Source: Candidatus Latescibacterota bacterium
GTDB taxonomy: Bacteria; Latescibacterota; UBA2968; UBA8231
DNA: 64,000 nucleotides
NCBI GenBank assembly: GCA_965208105.1
Contig: OZ242318.1
Location: 3,040,001-3,104,000, forward strand
Reading direction: 5' to 3'
The notes under the pieces are model-generated. The model saw only the letters and a program-made list of their open reading frames with translations, did no database searches and was not told the DNA's origin. The position numbers and the translations under genes were made by a program. This document shows positions 36,784-46,541 of the stretch, in pieces. Position 1 is the first letter of the stretch. The number at the start of each line of letters is the position of its first letter.

Positions 36784-37470
36784 ATGAGCACGGACGACGG
36801 TGAATTGCTGGCCACCTTCGACGATGCGGGCAGGCGCCTGGGAGCAAAGCCGCGCGCTGCCGTCCATCGCGACGACGACTGGCACTGGCTCGTCTTCGTA
36901 TGGTCCGCCTACCTCGATGAGCAGAGGCGGTCCCGGATGGTGCTGCAGGTACGCTCCCGGCCAGGGGACCCCCACGTGGGCAGCGTGGACGCCCTGGCGG
37001 GGGGCCACGTGACCGAGGCCGAAACCCATGCCCAGGGGGCGCGGAGAGAGCTGGGCGAAGAAGCGGGGATCGATGTGGGGTGCGAGGATCTGGTCTACCT
37101 TGGCGTCAGGGCCCTGGAAAACCCCTCGGGCATCTGCCGCAAGGTGTTCCAGCATTTCTATCTCTTTGTCCGCCGCATCGATCTTTGCGCGCTGAAATTC
37201 AACCGGGAGGTGGGCGGGTTCGTAGATGTGGGACTGGAGGACTTTGCGGAGTTGCTCCATGGCCGGCGCGAACAGGTCGAGGCATTCGGCCGCTTCGCCT
37301 CCCGCAGAGATGAAATCGTGCCGGTGCGGATTACCCGGGAGTCCCTGGGCTCCTATTCAGACGCCATTTTGGACAGCTTCCGCTACTCGACAGAGGCCAT
37401 TCGCATCTATCTGCATGAGGACCGCAGCGATCCCGGGCTGTGGCGCAAGCCCATGCTTCCATCGATGTAG
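36784..37470 (+). CDS. Nudix hydrolase (IDI type 1-like)
   Basis: R..VH..DWH, AGGHV..ARRELGEEAGI. Confidence 0.75.
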   Translation: MSTDDGELLATFDDAGRRLGAKPRAAVHRDDDWHWLVFVWSAYLDEQRRSRMVLQVRSRPGDPHVGSVDALAGGHVTEAETHAQGARRELGEEAGIDVGCEDLVYLGVRALENPSGICRKVFQHFYLFVRRIDLCALKFNREVGGFVDVGLEDFAELLHGRREQVEAFGRFASRRDEIVPVRITRESLGSYSDAILDSFRYSTEAIRIYLHEDRSDPGLWRKPMLPSM

Positions 37471-38894
37471 GCTTGCAGCCTGGCGAGGGCAAGGCCGCTG
37501 TCCACGGCCGCCCGGACATCCTCCAGGGCGTGGCGTGGGTCGCTTGTCAAACCCAGCCAGTAATCGGTCATGGCGGCGTTGAACACTATGCGGTCGTACA
37601 CGTGGCCCCTTTCCCCTGAAAGCGCGGCCGTGCCGGCTTTTGCAAACGACTCGGGGCTAACCGCCTCCAATCGCGGACTATGGTCGTAGACGAAACCGAA
37701 TTCACGCGGATTCACGTCTCCGCTGAAATCGTTCCTCCCGTCTCCGACCCGCCTGAATCCCTGGGTGAAATTGACCGCCTTGCGTCCATTGCCGGATGGC
37801 TTTCCCAACCGCAGGGCATAGTGGCTCGAGCCCTCCTCTCCTTTGACGACCATTCCTGCGTCGAAGCCCCGCTCCCACATCGAACGCAGCAGGGGCTCTT
37901 CGTAGCCGGAGTGAAAGAAACCGACCACCATGTAGCTCGATCCGGCACAGGAAAAGATTTGCTGGGCTTTTTCGGTGGTTGCCCACGGCGGCCGCTTTTT
38001 GATGTGGGCTCGCAACTCTAGCATGGCAAAGGCTCTTGGGGCGTATTCGCGCTGGCTCAAGTAGGCGAATCCCACCTCGGGGTTTTCGATCAGGGCCGCC
38101 GCATCCGAAGGGGACAGGTTGGTGCGCGCGCCGAGGACCTTGAGGATTTTCTCTTCGGTGATCCCGTTCTTGGGAGGCATTTCTTCTACGCCGTAGAGGA
38201 TCGACGGCCGGCCCAGGGCTGAGCGCACGGCTGCCACGAAGATTGTGGGCCGCAAGTAGCGCGCCGCACCGTCGAAGGGCTGGCCGAAATGAGTCAGGGA
38301 GTCGGTAGAAACGCAGGGGAGGGATCGGGTTTCTCCCACGGCGTCGAGGTAGCCTCGCAGCTCGGCGTAGCTTTCCAGGTTCATGCGCTGTCCGATGAGG
38401 GCCGCAGCCTTGAGGGCGGCTGCGACCTCTCCCCTGAGGATGGTATCGAGCATGCGCCGGGTCTCCTCGTAGCTCAGGTGATTTCTTCCCAGGATCTTGG
38501 CGAGCGCAGCGGCGACGATACCTTCACCGCTGTTGGCGCCACTGTAGCCGTTTTCGGGGTGAAGCAGGAAGCGCACCTCGGCAGGCAGGCATCGATCCAG
38601 TTCGGGCCCGTGGTATTCAAAGGCAGCGGCCTCCGCCGGGCTCCATCCCGTCTTCCCTCCAAATCCCCTGCGGATGGCCATGGCCGCAAAGAAAGCCCCC
38701 ATCTGGGCCCGTGATGCCCTCCGTCTCCAGGGAATCTCGGCGCGTGCAGATCTGATGATCAACTCCAGGATGCGGCCGGGTTGGGGATCGTCCGGCTTCA
38801 TTCCCAGCGGACGTGTCTGCTGCGGTCCGGTGCAGACTCGTGCCTGGGCCTCCAGCACTTCCTCGTTGGGTCCTGGGAACTTGTTCGGGTGCAT
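37407..38894 (-). CDS. anthranilate phosphoribosyltransferase-like protein (TrpD2/YbiB type)
   Basis: AQMGAFF, LIGQRMNLE, GQPFDG, MPPKNGIT, IKKRPPWATTEK, GFFHSGY, VKGEEGS; lacks the TrpD GTGGD motif. Confidence 0.75.
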   Translation of the reverse strand: MHPNKFPGPNEEVLEAQARVCTGPQQTRPLGMKPDDPQPGRILELIIRSARAEIPWRRRASRAQMGAFFAAMAIRRGFGGKTGWSPAEAAAFEYHGPELDRCLPAEVRFLLHPENGYSGANSGEGIVAAALAKILGRNHLSYEETRRMLDTILRGEVAAALKAAALIGQRMNLESYAELRGYLDAVGETRSLPCVSTDSLTHFGQPFDGAARYLRPTIFVAAVRSALGRPSILYGVEEMPPKNGITEEKILKVLGARTNLSPSDAAALIENPEVGFAYLSQREYAPRAFAMLELRAHIKKRPPWATTEKAQQIFSCAGSSYMVVGFFHSGYEEPLLRSMWERGFDAGMVVKGEEGSSHYALRLGKPSGNGRKAVNFTQGFRRVGDGRNDFSGDVNPREFGFVYDHSPRLEAVSPESFAKAGTAALSGERGHVYDRIVFNAAMTDYWLGLTSDPRHALEDVRAAVDSGLALARLQAYIDGSMGLRHSPGSLRSSCR

Positions 38895-38922
38895 GTCAAC
38901 GATTGGCGGATGGGGTGCAGGT

Positions 38923-39858
38923 TCAGCTTATCTGGTCGATCAACCGCCGAATGTTGGCGTAGTTGGTGCTCATCGCCTCGACCGACGAGCCGCTGGCGGG
39001 CAGAAAGTGGGTGGCGATGGAGAGTACCACGTCGCAGTTATTGTCCCGCAGGTTGCGGAGAATCGTCGGGTAGTCCACGTCGCCTTCTCCAATCGGGGTG
39101 TACTCGAATTCCAGCTTCGAGCCGTCGATAGTGCGCAGGTCCTTGGCATGCACTCCGTGCAGGTAGGGGCGCAGATTCTCGAAACCCGCGGTGGCGTTGT
39201 CGGCCTCGCCGCAATTGAGGTTGTCCGCCGGACACCACAGTGCCTTGAGCCGCCGGGAACCGACCGCCTCCACGATGCGCCGGAAGTTCCTGCTGGTGTT
39301 GCCATAGTTCCACTGCATCATCAGCAGGGCGACGTCGAGGTCGTGCTTTTCGGCGAGTTCGGCGATCATGGAGAAGGCTTCCACCAGCTTCTCCATGTCC
39401 ACGTCGGCGATGATGCCCCCGCGAGTGGCCCAGCGCATGGGCCAGGTCGGTTTGCCGGCGGTATACTCGGCCGGCCAGGCGAAGGTGGAGCAGGCAACCG
39501 CACCCACTCCCAGGCGGGCGGCGACTTCCATCGAGCGCCTCAGCAGATCGTAGTGCTGTTTGAATTGTTCGTGCTCCAGCATCTTGCCCTGCTCGAGCTC
39601 GGCGAGGTGAACAGGTTTGAACAAACCGCCGCCGTCCAGAAGGAAGAATTCAAGGCCGTGGGCGGCGACTTGCCTTGCGGCCCTGTCGATCTCGGCGTCG
39701 GGAAGCTGGGCAAGGAGGCGATTTTCGGAATGGGCGCCGCACCAGACGTAGCGGGCACCGAGATCGCGCGCGGTGGCCAGCGATTCCTCGAAGGGCTGCC
39801 TTAGTTCGCCGAGATACATCCCCATCTTGAACTCATATGGTTTCGCCGAATCACTCAT
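38923..39858 (-). CDS. sugar phosphate isomerase/epimerase (xylose isomerase-like TIM barrel)
   Basis: LWCPADN, VHAKD, PIGEGDVDY, SIATH; some usual metal ligands appear substituted. Confidence 0.75.
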   Translation of the reverse strand: MSDSAKPYEFKMGMYLGELRQPFEESLATARDLGARYVWCGAHSENRLLAQLPDAEIDRAARQVAAHGLEFFLLDGGGLFKPVHLAELEQGKMLEHEQFKQHYDLLRRSMEVAARLGVGAVACSTFAWPAEYTAGKPTWPMRWATRGGIIADVDMEKLVEAFSMIAELAEKHDLDVALLMMQWNYGNTSRNFRRIVEAVGSRRLKALWCPADNLNCGEADNATAGFENLRPYLHGVHAKDLRTIDGSKLEFEYTPIGEGDVDYPTILRNLRDNNCDVVLSIATHFLPASGSSVEAMSTNYANIRRLIDQIS

Positions 39859-40120
39859 GGTCGTGTCTCCTTTCAGTCGAGCCGGGGCCCTGTGGTCTGG
39901 TCAAGGATAGGCTGCCCATTGCGGCTGGTCAATGGGAAGGAGTGCCCGTGTCCGCCGCACCCTTCGCACCACGCCGAGCGCGGAGCAGGCGCGCAATTCT
40001 CCGTTGGTCCCTTTCCCGGAGCGCTTGCACCGGTCATGCTCTCTCCCCATTTTGAGGTCGGTAGGAAGATATCTCATTTGCTTCCACATCCCCTTCAAGC
40101 AGTGGTGTGAAAAAGGCTTC

Positions 40121-41833
40121 ATGCTCGACTACCAGGACCTCAAGCGGGAACTCAGCCGTATTGATGGCCGCGGTTACAAATCCTACCAGGACCTGCGCGG
40201 AATCTACGCTTTTCCCGACTTTTCGCTTTATATCGACCACGTGCAGGGCGACCCCTTTGCCACGCCGAGCCGCCTTCGCGTCCGCGTGCCCCAGGACAAG
40301 GCGGGTTATCCCGCCGAGACCTTCGCCAGCAGGAGCCGCCGCCTTGCATTGTGCACCTATCTGGCGAAGCAATTCGCGGCGGCGGCGCTCCGCCGCGGGA
40401 CCCGGCGCGGCAGCGGCAGGAGCGGCCTCATCGAGATGGCCGATCCCGCCCAGGAGATAATGGAGCGCAGCTGTGTAGACGTGTCTGCCGACCACGTCGA
40501 GGCCCGATTCCTCCTGGGCATGCCGGCGGCCGGCCGCCGCATCCTCGGGGGCCTGGCTGACCAGATGCTGTGCGAAGACCTTCCCGCCATTGTCCGTGCG
40601 ACCCTCTTTTTCCGGCGCAACGATCCTGCGGCCATTGAGCGCTACCTCACCGCGAGCGAGGACGCCGACCACCTGCGCTCCCGGCTCCCTTCCCTCGGCC
40701 TGGTTGCTTTCGTCGCCCGGGACAGCATCCTGCCGCGGCGTTCGGGGGTGGACGACCGGCCCTTGCGCGAACCTCCCGTCGTTCCCTTCGAAGTCCCAGC
40801 CCACCTGCGGGTGGAGGTCGACCTGCCCAACGCCGGCCGCACCGAGGGCATGGGGGTTGAGGCTGGCGTCACCCTGATCGTGGGCGGCGGCTACCACGGC
40901 AAGTCAACCCTGCTCAACGCCATCGAGCGCGGTGTCTACAACCACATCCCCGGGGACGGCAGGGAGCTGGTCATAACCAGGGAATCGGCCGTCAAAATCC
41001 GCGCCGAGTCCGGCCGCAGCGTGGCCGGCGTCGATATTTCCCCATTCATCAGCGGTCTTCCCCACGGCCGCGATACCCGCTTTTTCAGCACCGGCAACGC
41101 CTCGGGGTCCACCTCCCAGGCGGCCAATATCGCCGAGGCCATGGAAGTCGGCGCCGAGGTCCTGCTTGTAGACGAGGATACCGCCGCCACCAACTTCATG
41201 ATCCGCGACCGGCGCATGCAACTGCTCATTGCCGGGGATAAAGAGCCCATCACCCCTCTCATCGACCGGGTGCGCCCGCTCTGGGAACAGCACGGAATTT
41301 CCAGCATCGTGGCGCTTGGAGGCAGCGGCGACTACTTCGACGTGGCCGACACCGTCATACTGGTGGAGGATTACGTGTCGCGCAACGTCACCGGGGAGGC
41401 CAGAAGTATTGCCGCCCGGGACAGGACCGGACGCCGGCCGGAAGGCAGCGCTGTCTGCGCTGCTCCGGTTCCGCGCATCCCATTGCCTCGGAGCATCGAT
41501 CCGAGCAAAGGCCGACGGCAACACAACGTAAAAGCCAAGGGTCGGCGAACCATTGTCTTCGGTGGGGAGACCATTGATTTGAGTGCCGTCGAACAGTTGG
41601 TCGATCCGGGGCAGACGCGGGCTCTGGCTGCAGCCCTGGTCCATGCCCGGGAAAACCACGTTGACGGGAAGCGGTCGGTGCGGCAGGTACTGGACCTGGT
41701 GGAGAAGGACATCGAAGGAGGAGGGCTGGATATTTTGAGCCGGTTTCCCGAAGGAGGGCATGTGCGTTTCCGCAGATTTGAGCTGGCTGCGGCCCTCAAT
41801 CGCCTGCGTTCCCTGATGGTTCGCCAAGAGTAG
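40121..41833 (+). CDS. soluble ABC-class ATPase (ABC_ATPase / MRB1590-like family)
   Basis: DHVQGDPFA, Walker A GGGYHGKST, ASGSTSQAAN, Walker B LLVDED, NFMIRD, GGSGDYF, RRFELAAALNRLR. Confidence 0.85.
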   Translation: MLDYQDLKRELSRIDGRGYKSYQDLRGIYAFPDFSLYIDHVQGDPFATPSRLRVRVPQDKAGYPAETFASRSRRLALCTYLAKQFAAAALRRGTRRGSGRSGLIEMADPAQEIMERSCVDVSADHVEARFLLGMPAAGRRILGGLADQMLCEDLPAIVRATLFFRRNDPAAIERYLTASEDADHLRSRLPSLGLVAFVARDSILPRRSGVDDRPLREPPVVPFEVPAHLRVEVDLPNAGRTEGMGVEAGVTLIVGGGYHGKSTLLNAIERGVYNHIPGDGRELVITRESAVKIRAESGRSVAGVDISPFISGLPHGRDTRFFSTGNASGSTSQAANIAEAMEVGAEVLLVDEDTAATNFMIRDRRMQLLIAGDKEPITPLIDRVRPLWEQHGISSIVALGGSGDYFDVADTVILVEDYVSRNVTGEARSIAARDRTGRRPEGSAVCAAPVPRIPLPRSIDPSKGRRQHNVKAKGRRTIVFGGETIDLSAVEQLVDPGQTRALAAALVHARENHVDGKRSVRQVLDLVEKDIEGGGLDILSRFPEGGHVRFRRFELAAALNRLRSLMVRQE

Positions 41834-41858
41834 ACCTTTACCGCATTTTTCCTATAAT
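41831..41858 (+). promoter_or_regulatory. promoter for the ABC operon, probably leaderless
   Basis: TAGACC (41831-41836)-N16-TATAAT (41853-41858); ATG at 41865; no SD. Confidence 0.5.
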
Positions 41859-41864
41859 TGGACC

Positions 41865-42611
41865 ATGATTTCGGTCGAGTCGGTCACCAAGTGCTACGGC
41901 GCCCGCAAGGCGGTCGCCGATCTCAGCTTCCAGGTGGACTACGGCGAAATCGTCGGCTTTATCGGGCCCAACGGGGCGGGCAAGAGCACCATTCTGAAGA
42001 TGCTCTCCACCTATATCCGCCCCACCCGGGGCCGCATCACCGTCGACGGTCTCGACGTCGTTGAAGATTCCCTGGCTGTGCGCCGCAGGATTGGCTATCT
42101 GGCCGGCGATACTCCCCTCTACCCGGGCATGCGGGTGGACAAGTTTCTGGCCTTCATCGGAAATGCCCGGGGCATGGGCGGCGGCGGACTGCAGCAAGGT
42201 CTCGACCGGGTGGTCGAACTCTGCGGCCTCGAACCCGTGCTGCTCCAGCGCATCAGCCAGTGCTCCACCGGCTATCGACAGCGCATAGGGCTGGCCACGG
42301 CCCTGATCCACGATCCGCCCATTCTTCTTCTGGACGAACCCACCCATGGGTTCGACCCCCTCCAGGTACTGGCCTTCCGCGAAATGCTCGGTCGCTTGCG
42401 TCCCGGGCGGGTCATTCTTTTCAGCACCCACATCGTCGCCGACGTGGAGGCCGTCAGCGACCGGATCCTCATCATCCATCAGGGACGCATCCTGGGGTCG
42501 GGAACCCTCGGGGAATTGTCCGCGGTTTCCGGCAAGCCCGGCAGGTCACTTGAGGAAATATTCGCCCATCTGGTGCGCGCATCCGCAGCCACAGAATCCG
42601 CCCATGCCTGA
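41865..42611 (+). CDS. ABC transporter ATP-binding subunit (GldA-like)
   Basis: GPNGAGKST, CSTGYRQR signature variant, LLLDEPT, STH. Confidence 0.92.
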   Translation: MISVESVTKCYGARKAVADLSFQVDYGEIVGFIGPNGAGKSTILKMLSTYIRPTRGRITVDGLDVVEDSLAVRRRIGYLAGDTPLYPGMRVDKFLAFIGNARGMGGGGLQQGLDRVVELCGLEPVLLQRISQCSTGYRQRIGLATALIHDPPILLLDEPTHGFDPLQVLAFREMLGRLRPGRVILFSTHIVADVEAVSDRILIIHQGRILGSGTLGELSAVSGKPGRSLEEIFAHLVRASAATESAHA

Positions 42612-43371
42612 TGCGACAAGGCTCAGCCGCGGGGAATTTCTCGACGGGATTCGCATAATTGCCTCCCGGGAGTTGGAAGCCTGTTTCGACTCTCCCATCG
42701 CCTATATCTATTCCGCCGTCTTCCTCGTCCTCTCCAGCGCCATGTTCATGAACACCTTCTTCCTTGCCGCGGTGGTGGACATGTCGGCGTACTTCGAGAT
42801 TCTTCCCTATCTGCTCATCCCCTTCGCAGCGGCCATCACCATGCGGACCTGGTCCGAAGAGATGGCCCAGGGCACCCTGGAGCTGCTGCTGACCCTCCCC
42901 CTCCGCCCCTGCCAGGTGGTGTTGGGGAAGTACCTGGCCACCCTTTGCTTCTACGCTTTCATCCTCATGGGAAGCCTGCCCATCGTGATAATGCTTGTCT
43001 GGCTAGGAGATCCGGACGGCGGGCTCATCCTGTCCAGCTACCTCGGGGCGCTGTTTCTGGGGGCGTTCTTCCTTGCCTTCGGCCTCTTTGCCTCCTGTCT
43101 GAGCAGGGACCAGATCGTCGCCTTCGTCCTCGCAGTGCTCCTGGGATCTGTCTTCGTGCTGAGTGGTCACGACAAGGTGGTCGAGGTGGTAGACGGCTTA
43201 ACCCCGGGCTGGCAGCTCGGCACCTGGCTCTATGAATCGGTTTCGGCAATGCCCCACTATCGATCCTTCGGGCGGGGTATCCTCGGTGCCGGCGACGTGC
43301 TCTACTTCGTCCTGATGAGCGCATTCTTTTTGTGGATGAACGAGATCGCGCTGCAACGGAGCAAATTTTGA
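42604..43371 (+). CDS. ABC-2 permease (GldF-like)
   Basis: RELEACFDSPIAY, TMRTWSEE..GTLELLLTLP..VVLGKY, DQIVAF. Confidence 0.88.
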   Translation: MPDATRLSRGEFLDGIRIIASRELEACFDSPIAYIYSAVFLVLSSAMFMNTFFLAAVVDMSAYFEILPYLLIPFAAAITMRTWSEEMAQGTLELLLTLPLRPCQVVLGKYLATLCFYAFILMGSLPIVIMLVWLGDPDGGLILSSYLGALFLGAFFLAFGLFASCLSRDQIVAFVLAVLLGSVFVLSGHDKVVEVVDGLTPGWQLGTWLYESVSAMPHYRSFGRGILGAGDVLYFVLMSAFFLWMNEIALQRSKF

Positions 43372-46300
43372 CCCGCCGTTTTCTCCTGCAGATTGCTGCG
43401 GGATTCGTACTCCTCCTTCTGGTCGCAGTTTACGCCATCCGCATCCTGGAACAGGGCGGGACATGGAGCCTCGACCTGGGTGGCCGCGGGGCAGCTACCC
43501 TATCTCCGGACACGGCGGCCTACTTCGAGCGGCTGCAGAAAAACCTTGTCATCAGCTACTTTGTTTCGTCCCGGGAAAAGATGCCCTCCCATCTAAGGGA
43601 ATTGGAAGGGGAAGTCCGGCGCCTTCTCCAGGCATTGCGGAACTGCGCACCTGCGCGGGTCGACATTCGCGTCATCGACCCCGAAGTCAGCGGGGCCCTA
43701 GGCCTGGCCTATGCCGCCCGCAAGAAGGTATCCCCTGTCAGCGTGCGCCACCTCCGCGGAGACGCGCCCAGTGAGAAGATGGTCTGGTCCTCCCTGGTTC
43801 TCGCCTACGGCGACCAACCCGAAGTGCTGATTCAGGGCGTCGAGATCGCCCACCTGCCCCGCCTCGAAGATCTTGTGGTCGAGCACCTGCGGGCCCTGGA
43901 GCGCCCCCGGCGTCCCATCTTCGCGGTAGCTGCTCCTCCTTCCTTCCAACTCCTGTCCGATTTTCTCTCCGAATACGGTCACGTCGTCCAGGCCGACCTG
44001 AAGCATGGCGCCCCGATTCCCCCTCAAGCCGACGTGCTGTTCTGGATGCGGCCGTCCAATGTCTCTCAATACCACGTGGACCAGCTGCAGCGGTACGTGG
44101 CCTCGGGACGCACAGCCGTTCTGGCGGCCAGCGAGTACGGGATCGACTTCGATTTCCGGGGACCGGAGACCCGGTACAGCACCCATTCACAGGCTCCGGG
44201 CTGGAGGACTTTGCTCCGATCATTGGGGTTGCGCCCCCTGCCTGACCTGCTGATGGACCGCAATAGCGCTGCCCTGGGGGTTGATGGAGGAGACGGCTCG
44301 GTGCGCCTGGTCCAGGCGCCTTTCTTCATCCGCTGTCTGCCAGGTTTCTACAACATGAAGAGCTTCCTGGGGCCCGCGCGTGGCGCCCTGAGCTTTGTCG
44401 CCGCCAGCGCCCTCGAGGTCGATCCTCGTCGGGTCGAGTCCTCCGGCTGGCAAGCCGAGGTGGTGGCCACGACCAGCGCCGACACCTGGGTGAGGCCACT
44501 GGACCAAGAACCATTCGGACCGGCGGATCTCTCTCCCCGATTCAGGGTCCCCAAGCAGAACCTGATGGTCCTTCTCAAGTCGGCCGATCCCTGGAAGGGC
44601 CAGGTCCTGGTCATGGCAAGCTCCTCGGCTTTCCGCGACGGCATCATCAACATGGAGGGCTATGGCCACCGCCTGTTCCTGCGCAGCCTGGTGCGCACCT
44701 TTGCCGGCCCGGAGCGTCTGGTGCGCAACCGGGTGAAGCAGCGGGAGGTCGCGGCCATGCCCCCCTCGAGTGCGGTGGAGCGACTGTTCTGGCGATGGTT
44801 CGCTATCCTTCCTGTTCCTCTCACTTTGCTGGCTCTGGGCATGCGGCGCTGTCTGGACAGGGGAGCCCTGGCGGTGACCCGGGGTCCTGTGGCGCGTCTT
44901 CTGGCCCGCGCAGGCGTCGGCTTGATGGCCGTACTGGCGGCTAACCAGGTTTGGGCCGGATATGGTCAGCCCTACGTGGACCTCACCTCCGATGGGAGGA
45001 ACAGGCTTTCCAGGCTCACCCGCGAGGTCCTCTTCCGGGAGCACCAGAATCTGAAGGTCGAGCACATTGCCACACCAAGAGGATCCATGCCGTTGGCCCT
45101 CAAACCGGTTGCGCCCAGGCTCAGGGATTTGCTCGGCCAGGGCGAGGTGAAGCTGCGGCAGGTGGGGGTCAGCCAACTTTCCGGGCAGGAGCGCAAAAGA
45201 CTCCGGGAACTGGGGCTGGGACCGTTCGAAGCAAGGCGGGTGCGCTCCGACTCCCTCGTCTCGGAGCTGGTATGGAGCGGTCTGCTCCTGCGCCGAGGCG
45301 ACCGCCTGGCGGTTGTTCCGCGGCTCGACCAGCGTACCATGGACAATCTGGAGTTTCTCCTGCTGGGCGCCATGGACCGACTCGACCGGGGCCGGGCACC
45401 CCACGTGGCTGTGGTCTCAGACCTGCCCCGCCTGTCGCCGGCAGAAGCCCTGGAGGACTACCAGAAGAAGGGCCTGATTGCGCCCAGGGGAACCGACGTC
45501 TACAGCTCGGCCAAAGCGCTGCTGCAGAGCTACGGCTACCGGGTCTCCCATGTCGATCCAAAGGCTCCCCACCTGCCCCCGGATGTCGATGTGTTTCTAT
45601 GGCTCCAACCCCGGCGGGACTCGAGCCGGATCATTTCGTCGTTGTCCGGGCACCTGGCCGCGGGCGGCCAGGCCATTGTCGCGCTGCAGCACTTCAATAT
45701 CCAGCAGCGTCAATACCGCGGCGGGGGGTTCCGTACCGTCTACTGGCCCCAGCCTCAATTCCAGGATCTCGATCGCTACTTGAATCTTCTGGGGGTCGAG
45801 CAGGTCCGCGAGGTCCTCATGGATCGCACGCACCACCATCTGGACCTGGAGACCCAGGTCAACCGCGCGGCTGTGCGCGAGTACGATCCCCAGCGCGTGG
45901 CGCTTCCTTTCCTGATTCGCGCCGTGGGAATGCACTTTTCTCCCGAGTCCGCACTCACCCGCCATCTTGGGGACCTGCTCTTTATCTGGGGCAATCGGTT
46001 CGCCCTTGACACCGCCAGACTGCATGCATTGGGCCTGAGACCTCAGGTCCTCGTCGCCTCTTCCCCGCAGGCCTGGTCATACAGGTGGGAGGGGGGATGG
46101 TTGCCGCCGCGGGCATTCGAACCTGCCGCCTATCTTTCAGGACCACAGCCCCTGAGCGTCCTGCTTCAGGGGAGCTTCCCTCCCATTGAAATCAGGGAGG
46201 AGGATGGCCGCACTACACTGCATCTGCAAAAACCGGAAGCGCCTGGTCCGCCGGGCCGCCTGTTGCTCATCGGCTGCTCGGAGATGTTCAAGAATCCCCA

Positions 46301-46541
46301 TCTCCACGCGGAAGATTTCCAGCACGACCAACTGCTCCTCAACAGCGCGGCCCTGATGGCCTACGGCGAGGAAATGGCCGCGCTGATGGCCAGCGGTTCG
46401 CGCCCGCGAGGTTTCGCCTTTCCCAGCCTCGCCGCCAAAATCTGGTGGCGTCTTTTTGTCATCGGCATCGCACCGCTGTGCATTCTTTCCTACGGCCTCT
46501 GGCGCTGGGGCCGGCGCCTTCAACCAGCCTGGTTCAGGTGA
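43368..46541 (+). CDS. GldG-like ABC auxiliary protein with two tandem modules
   Basis: TTG overlapping upstream stop; two repeats of TM-(DL..LS..T)-thioredoxin-like-GATase-like-TM; second module begins VDLTSDGRNRLSRLT. Confidence 0.75.
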   Translation: MTRRFLLQIAAGFVLLLLVAVYAIRILEQGGTWSLDLGGRGAATLSPDTAAYFERLQKNLVISYFVSSREKMPSHLRELEGEVRRLLQALRNCAPARVDIRVIDPEVSGALGLAYAARKKVSPVSVRHLRGDAPSEKMVWSSLVLAYGDQPEVLIQGVEIAHLPRLEDLVVEHLRALERPRRPIFAVAAPPSFQLLSDFLSEYGHVVQADLKHGAPIPPQADVLFWMRPSNVSQYHVDQLQRYVASGRTAVLAASEYGIDFDFRGPETRYSTHSQAPGWRTLLRSLGLRPLPDLLMDRNSAALGVDGGDGSVRLVQAPFFIRCLPGFYNMKSFLGPARGALSFVAASALEVDPRRVESSGWQAEVVATTSADTWVRPLDQEPFGPADLSPRFRVPKQNLMVLLKSADPWKGQVLVMASSSAFRDGIINMEGYGHRLFLRSLVRTFAGPERLVRNRVKQREVAAMPPSSAVERLFWRWFAILPVPLTLLALGMRRCLDRGALAVTRGPVARLLARAGVGLMAVLAANQVWAGYGQPYVDLTSDGRNRLSRLTREVLFREHQNLKVEHIATPRGSMPLALKPVAPRLRDLLGQGEVKLRQVGVSQLSGQERKRLRELGLGPFEARRVRSDSLVSELVWSGLLLRRGDRLAVVPRLDQRTMDNLEFLLLGAMDRLDRGRAPHVAVVSDLPRLSPAEALEDYQKKGLIAPRGTDVYSSAKALLQSYGYRVSHVDPKAPHLPPDVDVFLWLQPRRDSSRIISSLSGHLAAGGQAIVALQHFNIQQRQYRGGGFRTVYWPQPQFQDLDRYLNLLGVEQVREVLMDRTHHHLDLETQVNRAAVREYDPQRVALPFLIRAVGMHFSPESALTRHLGDLLFIWGNRFALDTARLHALGLRPQVLVASSPQAWSYRWEGGWLPPRAFEPAAYLSGPQPLSVLLQGSFPPIEIREEDGRTTLHLQKPEAPGPPGRLLLIGCSEMFKNPHLHAEDFQHDQLLLNSAALMAYGEEMAALMASGSRPRGFAFPSLAAKIWWRLFVIGIAPLCILSYGLWRWGRRLQPAWFR

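Noticed and set aside
37407-38894. Calling this gene trpD
   Set aside because: Lacks the GTGGD PRPP-binding motif and has no trp operon context
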